From NCBI GenBank assembly GCA_031270985.1, contig JAISWR010000004.1, positions 2,195 to 66,194 on the forward strand: a stretch of 64,000 nt of DNA, read 5' to 3'. Position numbers and translations under genes: made by a program. The DNA comes from Bacteroidales bacterium (lineage in GTDB: Bacteria; Bacteroidota; Bacteroidia; Bacteroidales; UBA4181). The notes beneath the pieces were generated by a model. That model was given only the letters and a program-made list of their open reading frames with translations. It did not search any database and had not been told where the DNA came from. Below, in pieces: positions 57,062 to 64,000 of the stretch; the first letter of the stretch is position 1, and each line of letters begins with the position of its first letter.

Positions 57062-57557
57062 GTTTAATATTTCCTTTTGCGTTTTTTGGGCGAGCGCCAA
57101 GAATGTATTCATATCCGTCTTTTTCAAGCGCCGTTATGTTACTGTCGGACAGCAGTCCTGCATCGGCTATGACAACCGGCTTGCCGAAAGAAAACCGGTT
57201 TGACATATTCTGCAACACTGGAATAAATGTATGACCTTCAAATATATTGCCCTCAAAAATTTCATAACCGATCGTAAAGCCGTCCGAATATCTGTTCCGG
57301 ACCAATTGCACGGATACTGTCATTGCTTAGGCTTTCGACAAAGTTGTTGAGTAATAATTCGTATTTATTTATAAACTGTTTATCGTTTAATCAACTTTCT
57401 CTACTCATGTGCTGCCTTGCCTGTTCCTCCAAACGAACTATATCCGATTCCGTGCAACCTGTCCGAAACTGCATTCTACCTTGTATCTTCCCCGTCTTTT
57501 GGAGACGACATGAACACTTGCCGTTCCATACTTGTTGTATTTTCGACGTAGAAACAT
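57062..57557 (-). pseudogene. IS1634-family (IS4-like DDE) transposase remnant
   Basis: The N-terminal piece MFLRRKYNKYGTASVHVVSKRRGRYKVECSFG (57557 downward) ends in a stop. A middle piece then reads ..GYEIFEGNIFEGHTFIPVLQNM...PVVIADAGLLSDSNITALEKDGYEYILGAR (ORF 57000-57323). There are internal deletions, and the 3' part is replaced by the repeat. Confidence 0.6.
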
Positions 57558-57706
57558 AACACAAAGTTACGAAAATTTCACGCAGGACACCTTTTTTATT
57601 CTTTTTATCCAGAAATATCTGATTATCAATGATAAATTTTTGAAACGAAAAAAGTGCGAAAAACAGGTGAAATCATCATTTTCTCAGTCCTTAATCGAAA
57701 ATTGCC

Positions 57707-57714
57707 TATATTTG
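57707..57714 (+). promoter_or_regulatory. Candidate -7 promoter element (TAnnTTTG) for the ABC operon
   Basis: TATATTTG lies 32 nt upstream of the GTG start at 57746. Confidence 0.4.
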
Positions 57715-57745
57715 CGCTTCAAAATTTATTGTTACTTCCAAGACA

Positions 57746-58690
57746 GTGGACGAAAAATATATTTTATCTGCCCGTGATGTCGTGAAGCAGTACGGTGACG
57801 TCAAAGTGCTTGACCGCGTGAGTCTTGATGTGCCTTTCGGCAGCATTTACGGACTGTTGGGTCCCAACGGTGCGGGTAAAACGACATTTATCCGCATTGC
57901 CAACGGGATTACCGCACCCGACAGCGGAGAACTGTTGTTCATGAGGAGAAAGCTACAACGCGAGGACATCGCCGCTATCGGTTATCTGCCCGAAGAGCGC
58001 GGGTTGTACCGCAAAATGAAAGTAGGCGAACAGGCGCTTTATCTGGCGCGTTTAAAAGGGCTTAGCCGCGCCGACGCCGAACGGCAGACGGCATACTGGT
58101 TCAAACGTTTTGAAATTCAAGGCTGGTGGAATCGCAAGGTGGAAGAACTCTCCAAAGGGATGCAGCAAAAAGTGCAGTTCATCATCACCGTCCTACATCA
58201 ACCTTCGCTGTTGATACTCGACGAGCCGTTCAGCGGGTTCGACCCCATCAACGCCGACCTGATGAAAAAGGAAATCATGCGTCTCAGGGACGAAGGCGCC
58301 ACCGTTATCCTGTCCACCCACAACATGGCTTCGGTGGAAGAAATGTGCGACCGTATTTCGCTCATCGACAAATCGCGCTGCATCCTGCAAGGTGACGTGA
58401 CGCAGATACGGCGGGAATACGGATCGGACGAATACGAACTCCGCTTTGAAGGGGACAGGCACGGTCTGGAAACTGTTTTGGCCGGCATCCGGTGTCGTAT
58501 CATACCTGAAGCGGAACAATCCACCACCGTCAAAATCCGCGTGCCGAAGGGCATGAAAGGCAACGAACTGTTATCTGCCGTTATATCCTGCGTACAGGTG
58601 ACCTCTTTCAAAGAGGCGCTGCCCAACATGAACGACATCTTTATCCGTACGGTGCAAGGCAAAGAAGGACAAGCAAATCAACTGCAATGA
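57746..58690 (+). CDS. ABC transporter ATP-binding protein
   Basis: 314 aa with Walker A (GPNGAGKTT), the signature LSKGMQQK and Walker B (LLILDEP). The start is GTG. Confidence 0.9.
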   Translation: MDEKYILSARDVVKQYGDVKVLDRVSLDVPFGSIYGLLGPNGAGKTTFIRIANGITAPDSGELLFMRRKLQREDIAAIGYLPEERGLYRKMKVGEQALYLARLKGLSRADAERQTAYWFKRFEIQGWWNRKVEELSKGMQQKVQFIITVLHQPSLLILDEPFSGFDPINADLMKKEIMRLRDEGATVILSTHNMASVEEMCDRISLIDKSRCILQGDVTQIRREYGSDEYELRFEGDRHGLETVLAGIRCRIIPEAEQSTTVKIRVPKGMKGNELLSAVISCVQVTSFKEALPNMNDIFIRTVQGKEGQANQLQ

Positions 58691-60033
58691 ACAAGATTTT
58701 TATCATCATACATCGCGAATTTCTCACCCGCGTCCGAAAGAAAAGTTTCATCATCATGACGCTGCTGGGTCCTGTGCTGTTCGCCTCTTTCATGACAGCG
58801 CCCGTGTGGTTTGCCACTATGGAAGACGAAGATGTCAGACATATTGCAGTGTTGGACAGTTCGCGATTGTTTTTCAACATGATACCGGAAACGGAACATT
58901 TCAAATTTTCATACGACTTTCCCAACGTCAGGGACAGCCTCGCTTACCTGAAGCAACATTTGGCGAAAAGCAAATACTCCGGTGTGCTGTACATCCCGCC
59001 CTATGTTGCCTACGTGCCGTCGGGCGTGGAGTTTTATTCGGACAGACAGCCGCCGGTAAACCTGTCGATGCACATGGCGAATGCCCTTGAAAAAATCATT
59101 GAACGGGAAAAGTTGAGCGCACATCACATTGAGAATCTGGACGACATCCTCAGATCGGTCAAGACGAACATCAAAATCCGGATATTCCGCTTGTCCGGCG
59201 GAGGAACGGAAAAGGAAAGCCATAGCGGACTGAATATGGTAGTGGCTTGTATTTCCGCGTTACTGATTTACATGTTTGTGTTCCTGTTCGGGGCGCAGGT
59301 GATGCGCGGCGTCATTGAGGAAAAGACCGGCCGCATCGTGGAAGTTATCATATCTTCCGTGAAGCCGTTCCAACTCATGATGGGGAAAGTGGTCGGTATC
59401 GCGCTGACGGGGCTGACGCAATTCGTCATCTGGATCGTGCTCACGCTGATATTGGTGATGGCGGCGCAATGGATTTTTCTTCCGCAACTTACCGACGAAG
59501 CGTTACAACAAGCCGGAAACCGGCAGACAATAGGTGCGCTTGCAGACAACATCCCTGTTCGGGAAGTCTCGGAGAAAACAGCAGAGATGATGTCCATGCT
59601 GCAATCCATCAATTTCGACGTCATTATCGGCTGTTTTCTGTTTTTCTTCATTGGCGGATACCTGTTGTACGCCTCTCTGTTTGCCGCTGTCGGTTCGGCA
59701 GTGGATAGCGAAACCGACACCCAGCAGTTCATGCTGCCCATCACGGTGCCGTTGTTCGTGGCAATGGCGGTAATGTTCAGCGCCGTGCAAAATCCCGACG
59801 GAACGCTGGCTTTCTGGTTTTCCGTCATTCCCTTTACTTCTCCGATCGTGATGATGGCGCGCATATCTTTTGGCGTACCGTATTGGGAGCTTTTCCTGTC
59901 CATGACGGTATTGGCAGTTACGTTCATCGGCGCTATCCTGCTATCCGGCAAGATATACCGCACCGGCATCCTCATTTACGGCAAAAAACCGACATGGAGA
60001 GAACTGTGGAAATGGCTGACGTATAAAAGATAA
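58687..60033 (+). CDS. ABC-2 type transporter permease (NatB/YhaP-like topology)
   Basis: 448 aa. An N-terminal TM helix is followed by a loop of about 150 aa and five C-terminal TM helices. It overlaps the ATPase gene by 4 bp. Confidence 0.85.
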   Translation: MNKIFIIIHREFLTRVRKKSFIIMTLLGPVLFASFMTAPVWFATMEDEDVRHIAVLDSSRLFFNMIPETEHFKFSYDFPNVRDSLAYLKQHLAKSKYSGVLYIPPYVAYVPSGVEFYSDRQPPVNLSMHMANALEKIIEREKLSAHHIENLDDILRSVKTNIKIRIFRLSGGGTEKESHSGLNMVVACISALLIYMFVFLFGAQVMRGVIEEKTGRIVEVIISSVKPFQLMMGKVVGIALTGLTQFVIWIVLTLILVMAAQWIFLPQLTDEALQQAGNRQTIGALADNIPVREVSEKTAEMMSMLQSINFDVIIGCFLFFFIGGYLLYASLFAAVGSAVDSETDTQQFMLPITVPLFVAMAVMFSAVQNPDGTLAFWFSVIPFTSPIVMMARISFGVPYWELFLSMTVLAVTFIGAILLSGKIYRTGILIYGKKPTWRELWKWLTYKR

Positions 60034-60076
60034 AACGTCTTTTAGCGCCAAAATAAGGCATTGTCGTGCGTGCCGG

Positions 60077-61000
60077 TTATTGATTTACCTGAAAACGCTT
60101 ATCGCCCTTTTCAAAAAAATCCACAATCTGTCGCGCAGCCGCAAGTCCGGCATTGATATTGGCTTCTGCCGTTTCCGCACCGATTTTTTTCGGGGTGGCG
60201 AAAATGCGCATTCCCACACTTTCCTGAATTTTGGAGAAAGCATCGGGAGCAATGTCTGAGGCATATTTCAGATCATTGCGTTCCTGCAAGGCTTTCAGCA
60301 AACCTTCTTCGTCAATCACTTCCTTGCGTGCGGTATTGATAAGCGTTCCGCCTTTGGGCATAGAAGTCAGCAACTGATAACCGACGGATTTTTTGGTGGC
60401 ATCGTTTGCCGGAATATGCAACGAAACATATTGACATTGCCGGTACAGTTCTTTTACATCCGCAACTGGCGTCACGCCGTCTTTTTTGAGTTGATCTTCA
60501 GGCACAAACGGGTCAAAAGCATACACTTCCATTCCGAAACCTTTACCCAGCGCGGCAACCAGTTTACCCACATTGCCGTAAGCGTGAATGCCCAACTTTT
60601 TGCCTTTCAACTCACTGCCTGTTCCGGCAGTCATTCCGTTGCGCGCCATGTAAATCATCATGCCGACAGCTAATTCGGCAACAGCATTGGAATTTTGTCC
60701 GGGCGTGTTCATCGCCACGATATTTTTTTGCGTACATGCCGCCAAGTCCAGATTGTCGTATCCGGCTCCGGCGCGTACCACTATTTTCAAATGGTTTGCC
60801 GCTTCCACAATATTTTTGGTCACCCTGTCGCTACGGACAATCAGGGCGTCCACATCGGCTACGGCTTTCAGAAAATCAGCTGTGTCGGTATATTTTTCCA
60901 ACAATACAGTTTCATATCCCGCCTGTTCCAGTATCTCCCTGATCCCGTCAATTGCAACAGATGCAAACGGTTTTTCGGTGGCTATCAATACCTTTTTCAT
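60077..61000 (-). CDS. serA: D-3-phosphoglycerate dehydrogenase (short form)
   Basis: 307 aa with the NAD motif GIHAYGNVG and the 2-hydroxyacid dehydrogenase fold. It is adjacent to serC. Confidence 0.85.
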   Translation of the reverse strand: MKKVLIATEKPFASVAIDGIREILEQAGYETVLLEKYTDTADFLKAVADVDALIVRSDRVTKNIVEAANHLKIVVRAGAGYDNLDLAACTQKNIVAMNTPGQNSNAVAELAVGMMIYMARNGMTAGTGSELKGKKLGIHAYGNVGKLVAALGKGFGMEVYAFDPFVPEDQLKKDGVTPVADVKELYRQCQYVSLHIPANDATKKSVGYQLLTSMPKGGTLINTARKEVIDEEGLLKALQERNDLKYASDIAPDAFSKIQESVGMRIFATPKKIGAETAEANINAGLAAARQIVDFFEKGDKRFQVNQ

Positions 61001-61026
61001 GATCGGATCAATATTTTATAACTCGT

Positions 61027-62094
61027 TTAATGCTTTGTTTCAAATTCTTTCATGGCGTTCACCAGCGCCTGTACGCTTTCCTGCGGCATGGCGTTGTAGA
61101 TGGACGCGCGGAACCCTCCTACCGAACGATGTCCCTTGATGCCCACCATTCCCTTAGACTGGGCAAATTCCAGAAAATCCTTTTCCAGATCACGGTATTC
61201 GTCGTTCATCACAAAACAGACATTCATCAGCGATCGGTCTTCCACAGCCGCCGTACCTTTGAACAGTTTGTTGCGCTCTATTTCCCCGTACAGAACGGCT
61301 GCTTTTTTCTCGTTCCGTTGCTGCATTCCGGCAACGCCACCATTGGATTTAATCCATTTCAACGTTTGGAGGGCGGTGAAAACGGGCAAGCACGGAGGCG
61401 TATTGTACATCGAATCGTTTTCGATATGGACTTTGTAGTTCAGCATGGAAGGAATGTGCCGCGACACTTTGCCCAATATGTCGTCTCTCACAATGACCAG
61501 CGTCACGCCTGCACATGACAGGTTTTTCTGCGCTCCGGCATAAATCACGCCGTAGCGGGCAACGTCCACCGGACGGCTGAATATATCGGATGACATATCG
61601 GCTACCAGTATGGATTTCACACGCGGGTCGTCATGTAGCTCCGTACCGAAAATAGTGTTGTTCGTGGTGATGTGGAAATAATCCACATCCTCCGGAACGG
61701 TATAATTCTTGGGGATGTAGGAAAAATTGGCATCTTTCGAACTTGCCACTTCCACCACTTCGCCGAATGCTTTGGCTTCCTTGATGGCTTTGCTTGCCCA
61801 TGTGCCGGTGTTCAGATAAGCAGCTTTCTTTTCCAACAGGTTGAAAGGCACCATGCAGAACTGCAGGCTGGCTCCTCCGCCCAAAAAAAGTACGGAATAA
61901 CCGTCCGGAACAGATAACAGTTCTTTTACCAAAGAGCGCGCTTCAATCATCACGGCGTCAAAGTCCTTACCGCGATGCGACACTTCCATCACAGACAATC
62001 CGCTGTTGTTGAAATTCAAAACCGCTTGTGCGGTTGCCTCAATGGCTTCGCGGGGAAGAATAGACGGTCCCGCACTAAAATTATGTTTTTGCAT
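61027..62094 (-). CDS. serC: Phosphoserine aminotransferase
   Basis: 355 aa. [14 protein letters not shown] is at the N-terminus and GAQKNL carries the PLP lysine. Confidence 0.93.
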   Translation of the reverse strand: MQKHNFSAGPSILPREAIEATAQAVLNFNNSGLSVMEVSHRGKDFDAVMIEARSLVKELLSVPDGYSVLFLGGGASLQFCMVPFNLLEKKAAYLNTGTWASKAIKEAKAFGEVVEVASSKDANFSYIPKNYTVPEDVDYFHITTNNTIFGTELHDDPRVKSILVADMSSDIFSRPVDVARYGVIYAGAQKNLSCAGVTLVIVRDDILGKVSRHIPSMLNYKVHIENDSMYNTPPCLPVFTALQTLKWIKSNGGVAGMQQRNEKKAAVLYGEIERNKLFKGTAAVEDRSLMNVCFVMNDEYRDLEKDFLEFAQSKGMVGIKGHRSVGGFRASIYNAMPQESVQALVNAMKEFETKH

Positions 62095-62147
62095 ATTTTG
62101 TTGATTTACATTAAATTATACCGATTTTCTTTGCAGAATCGGAGGAG

Positions 62148-62155
62148 CAAAAATA
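62148..62155 (-). promoter_or_regulatory. Candidate -7 promoter element (TAnnTTTG) for serC-serA
   Basis: The minus strand reads TATTTTTG, 54 nt upstream of the serC ATG. Confidence 0.35.
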
Positions 62156-62239
62156 ACTGTTTTTTCAAAATCATCCGTTAAAATTTCACCAAAAAATCAA
62201 TTTATTTTCTTTTTAGGCTATCTTGTCAAGATAATTGCC

Positions 62240-62247
62240 TACATTTG
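62240..62247 (+). promoter_or_regulatory. Candidate -7 promoter element (TAnnTTTG) for tatA
   Basis: TACATTTG lies 30 nt upstream of the tatA ATG. Confidence 0.4.
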
Positions 62248-62276
62248 CTCCGTTATTTTATTAAAAAATTATCGGT

Positions 62277-62480
62277 ATGAATCTGTTTGTTTTGTTGGGA
62301 GTGATTGGCCCGTGGCAGGCGGTTCTCATAGTAGTTGGATTATTGCTGTTGTTCGGAGGGAGAAAAATTCCCGAACTGATGAAAGGGATCGGACAAGGCA
62401 TGAAAGAATTTAAAAAAGCTACTAAGGAGGAGGAAGGGAATGCCAACCCCCAGAAAGAAATTACAGCCAAAAACGAATAA
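62277..62480 (+). CDS. tatA: Twin-arginine translocase subunit TatA/E
   Basis: 67 aa. A single TM helix is followed by an amphipathic helix ([26 protein letters not shown]). Confidence 0.9.
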   Translation: MNLFVLLGVIGPWQAVLIVVGLLLLFGGRKIPELMKGIGQGMKEFKKATKEEEGNANPQKEITAKNE

Positions 62481-62498
62481 ATTGCTCCGGATTGCGTG

Positions 62499-63440
62499 AT
62501 GAACCTGTTCCGGCACATTACATTGGATCGTGAGGCAGAGGAGATGTTGCATGCAGGCTTACCGCCGGAAGTGCAACTTATCGCCGCCAATGGCGCCGAC
62601 CCGGAGGAACGGCAGTTTGAGCGGTTTTCCGAGTGCGAGATTGCATTCGGGAATATACCGGCAAGTTGGTTGTCGCGGTCTGCCGCATTGCGGTGGCTGC
62701 AATTGGAGTCTGTCGGCTTCGAAGCCTATAATGGGGCGCTTGCGGAGTTCGGGAGGCGTGGCGTGCTCACCAATCTGCACGGTTTTTTCGGGCAGCCCGT
62801 AGCAGAAAGCGCCCTTGCAGGTATCATGGCATTGAAGCGAGGCATTGACCGGTTGACGCTGCTGAAAGAACGGCAGGAATGGGAGGGGAGCACATTGCGC
62901 CCACAACTCGGCTTGCTGCAAGGAGCAAAGACGCTCATTGCAGGCGGAGGAAACATCGGTCATTCCATCCGGAAACTGCTGTCGGGATTTGATGCGGAAA
63001 TACTCATTTACGACAGGCATCCGGAGCGAGGTGACCTTTCAACGACCGACGCTTTTGATGGCGAACTGCCGTCGGCAGATGTGGTGATTGCCTGTCTGCC
63101 GGAGAATGAGGCATCGAAGCATTTTTTCAACGAAAGGCGTTTTGCATTGATGCCCCCGTCGGCGCTGTTTGTCAATGTGGGCAGAGGTGGCGTGGTGGAC
63201 GAGCCTGCGCTGATAAAGCGGCTGAAAGAAGGACAAATCGCGGGAGCAGTGCTGGACGTTTCCTGCACGGAACCGTTACCGCACGGACACGAACTGTGGA
63301 ATTGTCCCAACACCGTCATCACCCAGCATACGGGCGGCGGCAGTAAAGGAGAACAAACAGGAAAAGTGGCGGTTTTTCTAGACAATCTATCTCGGTATAT
63401 CGCAGGGCAACCGCTGAAAAGGATAGTAACCGCCGGATAA
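62499..63440 (+). CDS. D-2-hydroxyacid dehydrogenase family oxidoreductase
   Basis: 313 aa from the ATG at 62499. AGGGNIGHSI is the GxGxxG motif, and VNVGRGGVVDE and ITQHTGG are also present. Confidence 0.85.
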   Translation: MNLFRHITLDREAEEMLHAGLPPEVQLIAANGADPEERQFERFSECEIAFGNIPASWLSRSAALRWLQLESVGFEAYNGALAEFGRRGVLTNLHGFFGQPVAESALAGIMALKRGIDRLTLLKERQEWEGSTLRPQLGLLQGAKTLIAGGGNIGHSIRKLLSGFDAEILIYDRHPERGDLSTTDAFDGELPSADVVIACLPENEASKHFFNERRFALMPPSALFVNVGRGGVVDEPALIKRLKEGQIAGAVLDVSCTEPLPHGHELWNCPNTVITQHTGGGSKGEQTGKVAVFLDNLSRYIAGQPLKRIVTAG

Positions 63441-63536
63441 GATTAAAAAAATTTTATTCCCCGACGCAACGTTTTGCCACCAGTACCGTCTTATTATCAA
63501 ATTTAAGGAATCTTTACTTCAATAATATTATTTTAA

Positions 63537-64000
63537 ATGTGTATGATGAAAAAAGTTTTTGCTTTGCTGTTGATAGTCGGAACAGCAGCAATGTCGTGTA
63601 ACAAGGAAGACGACACGGAGGAGAAATATCTTGCCGAATTGCAGGCGCTGGATAAATTGATGCCCACCCTTGACCCCAGCGCCAAGCGGGTGGCAGACGG
63701 TTTGTACATCAATGTCGGTCAAAACGAAAACAAGAAACCCCAACCCGGAGAATTTGTGCTGGTAAACTACCGGTTGAGATTTATAGACAACAACGCGCTG
63801 GAATTGTCCAGCTACCTGAGTGATCTGGAGAACACCGCCGACCAGCCGGAATTTTACCCTACCTACGTATATGGGGGACCGGAATTGTGGTTGATGAACA
63901 CCTCGGATATGACGAAACCCGCACTGACCGGAATTTTTGAGGCGATGGGACAGGTGAGCGAGGGGCAAGGTGCGCGTATCTATTTCTATTCCAAATACAA
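63537..64000 (+). CDS. Lipoprotein, 3'-truncated by the window end (possibly FKBP-like fold)
   Basis: The open frame runs from the ATG at 63537 to the window end. The start is MCMMKKVFALLLIVGTAAMSCNKEDD (signal peptide and lipobox). GEFVLVNYRLRF resembles an FKBP-type strand. The ORF is absent from the ORF track because no stop lies in the window. Confidence 0.6.
   Translation, partial: MCMMKKVFALLLIVGTAAMSCNKEDDTEEKYLAELQALDKLMPTLDPSAKRVADGLYINVGQNENKKPQPGEFVLVNYRLRFIDNNALELSSYLSDLENTADQPEFYPTYVYGGPELWLMNTSDMTKPALTGIFEAMGQVSEGQGARIYFYSKY

Noticed and set aside
57323-57777. 78-aa and 81-aa plus-strand ORFs.
   Set aside because: They are antisense to or overlap the IS1634 fossil and the AT-rich promoter region of the ABC operon, and they are low-complexity.

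Overview
The window looks like a densely packed, mostly housekeeping chromosomal segment of a Bacteroidota genome, probably Bacteroidales-like. The evidence for that placement is gldD/gldE, a GWxTD protein, DUF4249/DUF4831-type lipoproteins, many matches to the Bacteroides -7 promoter motif TAnnTTTG just upstream of start codons, and frequent ATGA stop/start overlaps. I call about 57 protein-coding genes. Among the identifiable core genes are rlmB, prmA, asnC/asnA, dnaG, rubrerythrin, engB, tsaB, mltG, mgsA, ssb-gldE-gldD, groES/groEL, xerD, pyrE, cstA, glmS, frdB, tex, ribE, mfd, serA/serC and tatA. I saw no rRNA, tRNA or CRISPR array, and I could not find a convincing new multi-gene system such as a defence island, secretion system or biosynthetic cluster. 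Non-core content is of three kinds. (1) A repeat of about 134-165 bp occurs three times (about 2.7, 42.1 and 57.0 kb). It has a perfect 38-40 bp palindrome, internal direct repeats and a terminal hairpin, and one copy shows MITE-like terminal inverted repeats and flanking direct repeats. This is the most interesting unexplained signal. (2) There are four decayed transposase fragments from four different IS families (IS110, ISAzo13, ISAs1, IS1634), all in intergenic spacers. (3) Several gene-context oddities stand out: an frdB with no adjacent frdC/frdA, a nucleotidyl cyclase fused to a PDE-like HD domain, an AddB-like nuclease without its helicase partner, a HypB/UreG-like GTPase with no hydrogenase or urease genes nearby, a Tat-signal aldo/keto reductase with a ferredoxin-type tail, paired inverted repeats upstream of groES, and NUDIX/pyrE start codons that overlap on a CATG. 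Every function call rests on my reading of the translated ORFs and recognisable motifs. No database search was run.
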